Positions 1-10,518 of a stretch of DNA of 24,135 bases are shown here, one piece after another. Below the pieces are notes generated by a model. It ran no database searches, was not told the DNA's origin, and saw only the letters and a list, made by a program, of their open reading frames with translations. The translations under genes and the position numbers were made by a program. The stretch comes from Anthoceros angustus (lineage: Eukaryota; Plantae; Anthocerotophyta), in assembly GCA_010909165.1 (NCBI GenBank), contig VJWM01000388.1, forward strand, positions 1 to 24,135. The letters run 5' to 3'. Numbering within the stretch: position 1 is the stretch's first letter; the number at the start of each line of letters is the position of its first letter.

Positions 1-253
1 GGGGAGAGGAGGAGGAAGAGGAGGAGGAGGAGGGAGAGGCAAGAGGAGGAGAGGATCGAGGTAGAGGAGGAGGAGGAGAGGAGGAGGAGGAGGAGGGAGG
101 CGAGAGGAAGGAGGAGGAGGGAAGCGAAAGAGAGGAGGAGATTATAAGGAGGAGGAGGAAGATGGAAAAGAAGAGGAGCAAGAGGAGGGGAGAGGGAAGG
201 AAGAGGAGGGGAGATGGGAAGGAGGAGGAGGGGAGGGAAGGAAGAGGAGGAGG
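1..253. repeat. GA-rich low-complexity tract, degenerate (GGA)n/(GAG)n
   Basis: Almost only G and A on the + strand (gaggaggagg...) up to the switch at ...gaggaggagg|cccattcc. Confidence 0.95.
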
Positions 254-790
254 CCCATTCCATGCTGTGATTTCAAGTCCGTTCCATGATTTCGGTCTCA
301 ATTTTTGATGCGTAACGGTGTGACATGAGGTTGGTGAAGGGATGGTGGCGGGCGGATCACGTCTACTAGCGGATCTTGTACTTGCGAGCATTGCAAGGTC
401 GGCCAAGACCTGTTCAATCGTGATTTCCTCTCAAATTTTCAATGCGTAACTAGCTAGTGTGATTTGATGTTAGAGAAGGCGATAGTAGCATGGCGGGGTG
501 TCTCGTGTACATGTACAACTCAAGTAGTTGCAAGGACCCATTCCATGTGTATTTCCTATCTCAAATTTTCAGGTGATGCGTAACTATGATGTGAAGTTAG
601 GAAGGCGATGGAAGAATGGCGGGGTCTCATGTACATGTATAGGCAAGGTGAGGCCAAGACCCATTCCATCTTGTGATTTCCTACCTCAAAATTTTATTTG
701 ATGCGTAACTAACGGTGATGTGACATTAGAGAAGGCGATGCTAGTAGGCGGTCTTGGGTGAATAGGGAGTGACAAGGCGATGCAGTAGGA
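254..790. repeat. Degenerate tandem array, about four units of ~125-135 bp
   Basis: The block gtgatttc...tcaaatttt...(g)atgcgtaac...gaaggcgat recurs. TGCGTAAC-containing cores start at about 307, 441, 575 and 700. Confidence 0.85.
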
Positions 791-1301
791 GGGACGTGTT
801 TGGAGGGCGGATCCGGGTCGTAGCACAAAGAAGGCAGTGTACTATCACCGCAAGTATGAGACATGTGTTGAGTGTGACAAGGAAAACAACGCAAGGAGTG
901 GAAGAGGTGGGTGGCGGAGGAGGATAGGAATGGAGCAACCACAATATGGTCGGCGAGGGGCAAAAAGGCGTAACGGACATGAGGCGGTTGTCTAGGGGAG
1001 AGAGAAGGAGGGAGGACTTGGGCCAAACAACCCCATGCGCACATAGCAAACATGGGTCCATAGCACAAACTCAGAGGCACAAAAGGCACAGTGCTCAAGG
1101 ACAAACTGTAAACGTGTGGACGTGTACAAAGTATGTACGTTATCCTGTGCGATATATTTATATAAAATAGAATATGACCGTATATCACAGAAATTACCAT
1201 ATAGTATATGTGCCATGAACAATACATGTATTTTACGAAGAATGTATTTGTACATGTATTTATGTATATGTATATTCATAATGAGTATAGTGGAACTACT
1301 A
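421..1301 (+). repeat. ~880-bp direct repeat, copy A (partner 7469-8348)
   Basis: Collinear with 7469-8348 from tgatttcctc...tgcgtaactagctagtgtgatttgat through ...gtatagtgg(g)aactacta. Differences are mostly 1-3-bp indels. Confidence 0.95.
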
Positions 1302-1419
1302 CTTGATAAGCAGCCTGCGGCGGTTGTGCCGAGAAGAGGCGCCACACGCGCCCCCTCTCTCCATGCCTTCATACTGCAGTATAAACCGATGCATGGGGTA
1401 CCCAACTCCATGCTCACTG

Positions 1420-3420
1420 CGACAGATTCCGCTGCCTTGCTGCGATGTCCTCATCGGATTGGAAGGAATAGGGCACATGGATGCCCGAGCATTATGGAAG
1501 CAAATTCCATTAGTCCTCAATTTTATTATCCCGTCCTCCTCCGACATTTAAATCATCGTGCCAAGCACTCGGTATAGGGCCATCCTCTTCACGAGGGTCC
1601 ATACTGCCCTCGTCCTCATCTCCTTCCAGGTTCATAGTCGAGATAGCCCAGCCACGGTCCTTCTAAAGACATCTCCGACGGTGATTGATGATAGAACTTG
1701 TAATCACCTCACATAAGCATCGATAAAAATTCCTTGCATTACGCCCAAGCGTTAGAAGTGCGAAAAGTGTTAAGTGGATGCAATGATGTTCCAAAACTTC
1801 AAAATCAATGACTTCCAAAGACATACACTTACAATCCTCGTCAAGAGCTTCCGAATTTAAGAGAGTTCGTGGCTCGCACTTTTTCTTTATGCAAGCACAC
1901 TGCTACTCAACACGAACACCGTAATCTTGACCCCCGGCAAAGCTTCAAACCCATAAGGCTTTGAAGTCACCTGAATATCCGGATCTCCTTCCGCTTCTAT
2001 CAAAGTTGCCGGACCACATACCGGCTCTCGATTGGCAGCACCATTGTGGCCATAAATCCACAATTTCAGCATGGGTGTCCACACCACATTGTCTTCTTGA
2101 GCTCTGCGCTCATGTCACAAGCATCCTTCTCCGGAGAATTGTCTCATCAATGGTTAGTGTGTCCGCAATTGAGCAGTCTCCTCAAAGCGTAAAAGGTGAG
2201 GATTAGAATCACGGCGGCTTTTGACTTGGCCATCTCGATTTCCCTCCGCCCTCGCCGTTGTGCTCACCTTTGCCGACCAGGATCCACGAGAGTTCAGGGC
2301 CCGCGCTCGACATCAGGCTCGTTAGCTGTGCTCACGAATTGGAACAAGTCGAACTTTGGTGTGCATCCACTCCACGGCTCCTTTGCGTGGGTTGCTCGCC
2401 TTCTTCCCTTTTGGTCTCTTCGTTTTGGTTTGTCTACATGCGGTTTCTTCTTCCGATCCACCAATTCCTTCTTCCGCCCAGCCACTCTGCCAAAGCAAGC
2501 GGTTGATTACGGTGACCTTCTCCCTCAATGCAAAAAGGCGTGAGGATGCGCACCGAAGTCACGGGCAGCGGCGCAATTGACAAAAATCACGAACAAGCGG
2601 CGTGGGCGGCGCGGCGTTCGGCTTGCGGAAGTGGGCGCAACTCAGCTTGGTGAACACGGTGTGGCCGTGATGGGCCTCCATTACGGTAAGGTTGAACGCC
2701 TAAAAGGTCGGGGCGGGTTAAAAGCTGCGAGATCGCCGCGTTTGTGTGTCCATTTTGGAACCCTAATTTCGGCACCGCTTGCTTTGCCATGGTTTCGTTA
2801 AGCAGGTGCCCATGTTTTCCACGTGGTGTTACGTACTGCATTAAATGATTCCGATAGAGCGGCAAGCCATTTATGTCCTTGACAAATGGCGTCGGATCCG
2901 ACTTGATAGGTAGATCTTCTCCAACGGTGAATGCAAATATTGGCGCTAAGGCATCCGGCTTGTTCTCCGATGTCTCATACTAATTTGCCCTCCTCCTTGT
3001 TTGTTGCTCTGGTTGTGGTGGCTCGTTCGCGTTCGCGAGGCGTGAACGTCACACCATGCTCCACTCCACCCATACCGATGAGGATACGAGGTAGCTTCAG
3101 CGATTGCTGCTCCTTCAATGTAGTTTGTATCCGGGTCGTTGTTCACCGTGGGTGTCATGCGGATCGGAGTGCGGATGGGAGGAACTTGTCCGCATCGTAA
3201 TGTCTTGCACTCCAAGCATGCGGCGAAAGGAGCATCCGATCTATTTCCCATAAGCGCTTGCAAACTTTGCCAGCGATGAGGCGACCACATTGAAGTGCTC
3301 TTTGTTGAAAAGCTCTGTTTCATAATTAATTCGTGCTGTTGGATGTTTTCCGACAACCGTCAGGGCATGCGGGTTTGCAATGGTAATCATCGCGATGGCG
3401 ATGAGCTTCACCTTGTATTA
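1420..3420 (-). pseudogene. Fragmented unassigned ORF, divergent from the transposase
   Basis: Protein-like stretches in shifting minus frames (e.g. HALTVVGKHPTARINYETELFNKEHFNVVASSLAKF; LKLPRILIGMGGVEHGVTF; EALDEDCKCMSLEVIDFEVLEHHCIHLTLF). No family recognised and the boundaries are approximate. Confidence 0.3.
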
Positions 3421-4355
3421 AACATGCTTGCGTCGAGGTCGAAGGACTCATCACCATTCGTGCACCCCTATGTGCCACGCCTCGGAACTTGAACTTGTAT
3501 GCGGCTATGGAACTTAGAAGACGAGGAGATGCGCCCTCGAGTGAGCCATCAGCAGCAATGAGAGGTCTCTTTCGCCCTCGTGTGGAGTTTTGGGTGCATC
3601 GGGGGCGATATTCTTGGCGACGTTCCCCACCCTCCGTTCACCTCACAGGCTGCAGTGTACATATCATCCGAAGCCAATGTCGGAGACATTGCACTATGAG
3701 AGCTTGCGTTTCGTTTGCAAACAGGGGTGGTGTCTCCTTGAAGAAGGCGAGACGGACACGATTACGGAGGATTTCCGTAAACCGTGTTGCAACAAAGTAT
3801 GTATTCAACGACTTTCGAGGAAGGTTTCGGAAGAGAGGCAAAGGTTCCTTAGGTTGGGAAGGTCGGAGAGACATTCCTAGAGACCCTTGTAAGACGACCA
3901 TGGTTCGAATGGCAAAGACATACTTTCACAAGGCACCGGTTCCAATCAAGTGTTGCACGAAATCCTTGAAGGGTGTATTGCATAGGGTCGGAAAGGTACG
4001 AGGAGGTGAAGGGCGAGTCTTTTGAATTCACCATGGGATTGTAGCAAGCCAAGCCCGGGTGAAATCCTCTCATGCATTGGGCGCTATTGCATGGATGGAT
4101 GCAACATTTACGCAATTGGCGGCGGCGCCTAATGTTGAAGTCTACAATCTTCCGACACTTTCACCAAACTAGAAGTGTGGACACAATACAAATGTGGCAT
4201 GGAGCAAAAGGGCTGCGGTATATTTCGTATGCTTACTTTACGAGACTATGGGAGCAGAACTTCAAGTGAAGATACCCAAATCCAATCGGTTTTCAACATG
4301 TTCTCTTTGCGGTCTAAAGTTCAACATTGAACCTTTGGATCGCAGACGGATCAAG

Positions 4356-5082
4356 GTAAGCTCATCGCTCCACACCGTTTTCGGCATGGTATAAAGGTGA
4401 AAGGTTGTGACATGTGGGCCATCGATATCGTTGTGATGGTGGGAGGTTGAACCTTGGTCGAGGTAACGGTTCGGCCCCTGCGATGAAGGCGGGCGGTTGC
4501 GAGCGCCATCGGGTGGGAGAGGGAGGCGCTGGCGCCCTCGGTGGGAGGGGAGGAGGAGGCGCGGCATGCTGCGCCCTCATGGGTGGAGGGTGTGCGAGAG
4601 GAGGCGGCGGCATGCCGGGACCTAAACCCTAAAGGAGGAGCGCCGGCATGCCGCCCTCATTGAACGGAGGGCGGGGGGTTGCGCATGCCGGTGCCCTCGT
4701 GTTGTGGGAGGGAGAGGAGGGCGCGGCATGCGCCCTCATGGGTGGAGGGTGTGCAATGGGGGAGGGCGGCAACATGCGTGGACCTAAACCCTAAAGGAGC
4801 TTGGGAGGCGCCGCATGCCACATCCCTAATTGAGGGGGAGGGCGGGCGGCGTGGCGCCCCGCCAGATGGGATTTAAGGACTGGATGCAGGCCATACAACG
4901 GGTGGATCCCTAGGTTCATTTGTTGGGGCATGACCCTTCCGAGGGTTGCCATCATGCTATTGCCTTTGCCCCTCGGTGGATCGTCTAGACTCCGGCGATA
5001 GTAGAGTTCGTCTGGTTGAAGTTGGTTGGTCGTTAGCGCGACGTTATATTTCATGGATGGACGACATGATGTTTGGTTGAAG
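4356..5082 (+). other. Probable phase-0 intron (727 bp) in the transposase
   Basis: Donor AAG|GTAAG at 4356 and acceptor ttggttgaAG|GCG at 5082. Joining them gives CSLCGLKFNIEPLDRRRIK-ASIYRDALNKHRIKLMEE in frame, with spacing plausible for the family. The intervening DNA is GC-rich repeat. Confidence 0.6.
4530..4860. repeat. GC-rich ~160-bp tandem duplication, each unit containing a telo-box
   Basis: ggacctaaaccctaaaggag at 4618 and 4780. gcggcatg..cgccctcatgggtggagggtgtgc at ~4561 and ~4722. AAACCCTAA is the plant telomere-type motif. Confidence 0.85.
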
Positions 5083-6589
5083 GCGAGTATATATCGGGAC
5101 GCGTTGAACAAACATCGCATAAAGCTTATGGAGGAGGCGGAAGAAGTTGACAAAACATCGAGCGAAAGGATACGAGCCTCACAAGTACATGTTGTTATGT
5201 ATCGATGGCATGGATCGAGAAAAAACATCCTTACGCATATACTTAGATGGCCTAAGGAGCTAAAGAAGGCGTAGTCCATGTGGTGGGGTGTATGATCCAC
5301 AATCACACGTTCAAGTCCGGGCGTATCACTCGCAAATTTGCGGAATGATGCTAATTTAACCATATGCATTATCCAAGATGTGATACATACATATGTTGGC
5401 TTACTTCCCAAGGTTCTATATTTGCAACTGGACAACACATGTCGGGAGAACAAGAATCAACTGCTGTTTGCTTATCTCAATATGCTCGTGGAGCTGGGGA
5501 CTTTTGAAAAAGTGAAGGTGGGCTTTCTTCTTGTAGGTCACACACATGACCAGGTGGACCAAATGTTCTCGTGTTTTTCCAAACATTTGAAGCACAAAGA
5601 GGCAAAAACTCTTCCCGTCATGCAGGATATATTGAGCAAGGCTTTCACGCCAAACCCGTGAAGGTCCCACCGAGGTTCCGGACTTCCGTTCTTTTCGTCG
5701 GCCTTTGAAAATAGGAAAGGCGGAAGTTTAAAATGCGGTTAAGCTAAACAATCTATCATACCAACACCGGTTCAAAATCACGCGGGAGGAAAAGTCAGCG
5801 GTAAAAGTATTATTGAGTAAGCATTCGACCTCACCGTTATGGGAAACAGAAGATGGGCTGGAGTTCTTGTCTTTTATTCCAAATCGAGATTGGACCTACA
5901 ACCACCTAGCTCTGAGCCAAGGACAAGAAAGGCGTTGATGGAAGCCTCACGCGAGATGGAGTAGACCACTTAAGGAAGGGTTTGCAAAAGCATCAACATA
6001 TCTAACGCGAGGAGGTGGTGGAGTGACAGGAGGATCAAGAGGAGATCGCAACTATTGTGGACAATAACATCGGCCTTTATGCGAAAAGGCGGTGGAAGTG
6101 GTATGGCGGATCTGCAGATGCACTTGTACCCACTGCGGTTCGGAGGCTATATTGGGTGCCTTATTGAGACGTGCCTCACGGACATGTACTTGGAGCTTAC
6201 AGTGTGGAAAGACGGGAACAAGAGGTCGAGCGGATGAATGGTGACATCATGGAGATAAAAAGGTATGTTTATTGTCACCTTGTGAGGGGACACTCCTGTG
6301 AGGGCATTACAGGTTGCAAAGGTCTTGAGTGTGCACATGACCGATGACCCCTACTTCACTGCAGGTGGCGACCGAGCACAGATGCATACGAGGGCAAGTA
6401 TGTCGGGGAATACTTTGTTAGGACCAGGAGGAGAACTACCTCCTACCAACAAAGGTGCAAAAGCATGGAAGCCTCCCAACATTCGAAGTTGTTTGTCCAT
6501 AAGAGTCATTGTGTACTATGGGTTCAATCTCACTTCTAGGAAACATCATGCGTGGCGGATAAAAAGCTATCAAAGAAGTTAAGTGCCCT

Positions 6590-7196
6590 CCGTCCCCATC
6601 TTCAACTGCACTCCCTCGTCGGTGACGGCGAGGATGATGGGGATAGCCAGTCTTGGGCATGGAGAACCCAGCGGTCTCGAGTCGGTGAGGAGTGAATAAC
6701 CGACGGCTTGAAATATATTCCAGTCATGGTCCGCTCCTAAGAACTTATGGCGCAACCCTTTGTAACACCCTTTGCGATGGCATGCCGCACTCCTTCGCAC
6801 CACATTTTGTGCGTCTATTCCTAGTGGCCCCTTCCATTGTCACGGCTGCCATGGCTCTGTTCGATTAGTGGATTCGTTTAATGGTGGCGCCAACCCAATG
6901 TTTCCGTGAAACTTGGCAGCCCTTTCCGAGCCGGTATGCCAAATTGTGGTTTTGTTGAGGTTCAGAACATGGTACACTACAAGAGATTTCTCCGCTCGGC
7001 GGATATCAAAACCATGTTGGACTGTTTGGTGCAGGAATGGCTAAGGGCCTTTGCCGCAAGGTGTGTGCATCGATGGGCGGCATCGGCGCCCATCGCGCTT
7101 GATGTTTACTCACCTTTCTACCATAGAGAAGCACATTTTCCATACCTTGCCACCGTAAATGTGAACCGGATGCAAAAGTGGCTTCCATTCCCTTGA
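6590..7196 (+). pseudogene. Downstream ORF remnant with a PHD-finger-like segment (6755-6850)
   Basis: Across one frameshift it reads LCDGxPHSF...FC..IPSGPFHCHGCH, which resembles the C-terminal half of a PHD finger (CD-x-C...FH..C....IP.G.W.C..C). It continues into ORF 6906-7196. Confidence 0.35.
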
Positions 7197-7468
7197 TTAT
7201 AAGACAATATATTGTAAACACGTCGGGGTTTCGGATCCCAGCACAAAGTGTGAAGTCGGTGCTAAATCATTGCAAACCCACAGAATGTCCCCACCCTTTT
7301 GGTGGTGCTCTGTAAATTTGAAGTAGAATGTGATTTTGACCATAATTTTGAACACATTATCCTACATACATGAACATCGATTTAGTGACCATCCACAACC
7401 CGGTTCAGCGTATATTCATGCATAAAGCCGCTTGATGTATATTCAGCGGTTCAAATATTATGGTATTC

Positions 7469-8348
7469 TGATTTCCTCAATTTTTCATTTGTTGCGTAAC
7501 TAGCTAGTGTGATTTGATATTAGAGAAGCGATAGTAGCATGGCGGGGTGTCTCGTACATGTACATGCGCAAGTAGTTGCAAGGTCGCCAAGACCCATTCC
7601 ATCTTGTTATTTCCTATCTCAAATTTTCAGGCGATCAACACTATGATGTGAAGTTAGGGAAGGCGATGGAAGAATGGAGGGTCTCATGTACATGTATAGC
7701 TGCAAGGTGAGGCCAAGACCCATTCCATCTTGTGATTTCCTACCTCAAAATTTTATTTGATGCGTAACAGTGATGTGACATTAGAAGGCGATGCTAGTAG
7801 GCGGGGTCTTGGGTGAATAGGGGACAAGGCCGATGCAGTAGGAGGGGCGTGTTTGAGGGCCGGTCTTTGTAGCACAAAGAAGGCGAGTGTCTATCACCGG
7901 CAAATATGAGACATGTGTTGAGTGTGACGGTGAAAACAACGCAAAGTGGAAGAGGTGGAGGAGGATAGGAATGGAGCAACCAAGCAGCCATGGTCGGCGA
8001 GGGCAAAAGGCTCGTAACGGACATGAGGCGGTTGTCTAGGAGAGAGAAGGAGGAGGACTTGGAGCCAAACAACCCCACGCATAGCAAACATGGGTCGCAT
8101 AGCACAAACTCGTAGGCACAAAAGGCCGAGTGCTCAAGGACAAAGCGTAAGCGTATCGTGGATGTGTACAAAGTATATCGTTATCCGTGTGGCGTATATG
8201 CTTATTTTATACAAAATAGAATATGACCGTATATCACGAAATTACCATATAGTATATGTCACCATGAACAATATATGTGTATTTTTAGAATGTATTTGTA
8301 CATATATTATGTATATGTATATTCATACAGTATAGTGGGAACTACTAA
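7469..8348 (+). repeat. ~880-bp direct repeat, copy B (partner 421-1301)
   Basis: Same alignment as copy A. It begins inside the 130-bp sub-repeat array and lacks the first unit and the GA tract that precede copy A. Confidence 0.95.
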
Positions 8349-8404
8349 GTAAAACTAGGTATTCCATAGGGTAATAGTAGTAAAAGGAGGAAGGTAGATG
8401 GGGA

Positions 8405-8666
8405 GGAGGTTGGTACCAAGCCTCCAAAAGTGTTACAAGACTTTTCTTGTAACACTATATATTACAATCTTGTTGCAATCTTGAGAGGACAAAAGCACCT
8501 CTCACTTCATCTCAACATAATTGCAACACCATTGCAACATGGTTGCAACAAACGCTCAGTTTGGTTTCCAAGCCAAAGTGTAACAAGAGGCCCAAAAGTG
8601 TTACATGACCCCAAAATTGCAACATAAGTGTTACATCCGGTCCAAATCTTAACATAAAGTGTAACA
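8405..8666. repeat. Array of about eleven TGTTRCA motifs in both orientations, with two hairpins
   Basis: tgttaca/tgtaaca/tgttgca/tgcaaca recur between 8431 and 8666. There is a perfect 12-bp stem agtgttacaaga-cttt-tcttgtaacact (8429-8456) and a near-palindrome ggagg-ttggtaccaa-g-cctcc (8405-8425). Confidence 0.85.
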
Positions 8667-10137
8667 TGGGCTGCCATTTCTAGTAGGGCAAAGTCAGAAA
8701 ACGGTCAAGCATTGATGAATCCACATTGTGACCATGTGAATCTACGGCTGTGTCGAGACCCCACCACATTAGTGCCCATATGGGACACAGACCACAGTGA
8801 TACTACAGGCAGGCAAATCCATGCACAGGCAAACGCAACACACTCAAGGTAGGCAAATCCGTGCAAATGACCGGCATAGGTGACCCCAACACATGCAACC
8901 AGCAGTTCAACGCTTAGCCTTGTCTGTGACGTGCCTATAACAGGGATCCAAACATTCAGGCACACCACAGGAAGCAGCACACGTCGATGGAAAAAACAAA
9001 TGAAACTCATGCACTAAGCGGTCGGTGCAGCTGCCTCGGAATGTGCGCATCACCCACAACCCACAACACTCACAACCACTACACCAAATTAGCATGATCC
9101 CGAGGGTTCCAACAAAAACCAGTGCACAACTCTAAAATGGACAAGAGAATAGAACATTAGCAATTAAGTCACGCCAAGCCCGATGCAAATATGAACAAAT
9201 CTATCAAGGATGCGATGCCCAACCATTCCCCACCCGCTGCATCAATCCCACAGGCCTCCACATCTACCTTTGGATGATGAAAGCATGGCAAAAGCGAACC
9301 ATGGCTTAAAGCACGGGCGTCATGGACAAGATGATGACCTTTCTCCACGCTTGCACCTCAGGCATCATCCACAATAGGCATCACTACACCCTCGGCCTCT
9401 CCTAGCTTGCCCAATGCCTCCGAACATCCTCAAGCAACCTCGGGCTTTTGGTGTTGGCTTCCTCGGCTCTGTGACCTAGTCACGGGGCCACAGGGCTCAC
9501 CATGTGCCGCAGGTTAGCTGCCCTGTTCTCCCCCCTTCTCTTCACAACCACCTTTCTAGTCTTTGCTTGCTTGCTTGTTGGCCTTCCTTCCTAGAACGAC
9601 CATTTTATAGGCTTTCCAGGTCCAGCCCTTCCTAGCATCTTCTCACAAGAAAAACCAAAGCCATACGTCGGGAATCTTTTGGCCCGTGTATCTTTGGCAT
9701 GTTTTATATCGGCAAAGGTCATCCAAACTTTGCCAATCCTCCTTGACACCAAGTCGGTGGCTTCAAAGTCGTAGCCCTCTTGCGTTGCGAGGCATCTTTG
9801 AAGTGATTTGTAGCGTCCTTCCCAACAATGCGCTCCTTCGGGCCTTGGACCAACTTGTCGTCCCTAACATTCAATCCAAGGTTTGAGGACACTATTTTCA
9901 CCCTTTCATAAGTAGTTAAATAAAACCATAATGTTCTTTCCGTCGAATAATGAATGCGTTCGGAAACATGCTTCAGTTCGTATTTCTTGTCCCCTCAGAT
10001 TGCTCATGAAGACAGGCTTGTGGACACTTTATGCAAGACTCGGTAAAGCCTAGTTTACAAGATCGACTATTTCATTTCATGGACCGAGAGAATATAGTTT
10101 AGTGTTTTGGCCGCTAGCGGTATATTTTGAGAAAACA
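8660..10137 (-). mobile_element. Candidate solo LTR (~1.48 kb)
   Basis: TGT...ACA ends, with flanks taaag and taaac (4/5 TSD-like match). On the minus strand a TATAAAA (~9603-9609) is followed by purine-rich and then GT-rich U5-like sequence. No internal domain is present. Confidence 0.3.
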
Positions 10138-10518
10138 TAAACATTTCTTGAAACGTTAGGGCACCGATCAAGTAATTACCCTAAAACCATAGTAGGATGC
10201 GGCATCTGGTGGCCTTGTACATAAAACACACAATCAAACAGCTGGCTTGATTGCTAGGTTTATTACATGTGTCTGGTTGGGGATCAACTTGCAAGTTGAG
10301 ATTGGGATTACTGCACACGTACTAGAGAACATCGAGGGGCAGCGGTAATGTTTCTAAGGCAAGCTCATCGCGTGAGAAAGTGTCTCACTTCATTGCCTTT
10401 GCATCATCTTCCTCTATCCCATCAACTTTTGAGGCGAAGGCCATCTTGCATCAAGTGTATACCCTCATCCAAAAGGTCTCCAATATGTTCTTTCATTCTC
10501 ACGACGACAGAGGCACAA

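Larger units (their letters stand above)
3490..6582 (+). pseudogene. DDD-type DNA transposase, Sola-like/DUF7869-type, frameshifted as assembled, two exons (~3490-4355 and 5083-~6582)
   Basis: N-terminal part: KPCCNKVCIQRL, AIAWMDATF, YAYFTRLWEQNFK-VKIPKSNRFSTCSLC. Core: PHKYMLLCIDGMD (D at 5204), LPKVLYLQLDNTCRENKNQLLFAYLNMLVELGTFEKVKVGFLLVGHTHDQVDQMFS (D at 5431; D at 5548 and 5557). Then HRFKITR, RRWW, and C-terminal LQVAKVLSV. The DGMD / DNxxxENKN / GHTHxxxD signature is characteristic of this family. The exact superfamily assignment is from memory. Confidence 0.82.

Noticed and set aside
1-253. Coding Glu/Gly/Arg-rich exon
   Set aside because: It is a simple purine repeat with no start or splice context inside the window.
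1286-1301. CACTA (EnSpm) terminus TAGTG at the 3' end of both direct repeats
   Set aside because: Homology continues ~9 bp beyond TAGTG in both copies. No matching CACTA start or 3-bp TSD was found, and the transposase is not CACTA-type.
709-1577. ORFs 709-1227, 992-1417 and 1116-1577 as genes
   Set aside because: They overlap the non-coding direct repeat and the AT/TA low-complexity tract, have biased composition, show no motifs, and their frames are not preserved in copy B.
4618-4799. Interstitial telomere or healed chromosome break
   Set aside because: There are fewer than two telomeric units per site, and they are embedded in a duplicated 160-bp unit. They are better described as telo-boxes.
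8665-8690. Helitron 3' end (small hairpin + CTAG|T)
   Set aside because: The stem is only 4 bp and lies 2 nt from the CTAG. No Rep/helicase or 5' TC end was identified.
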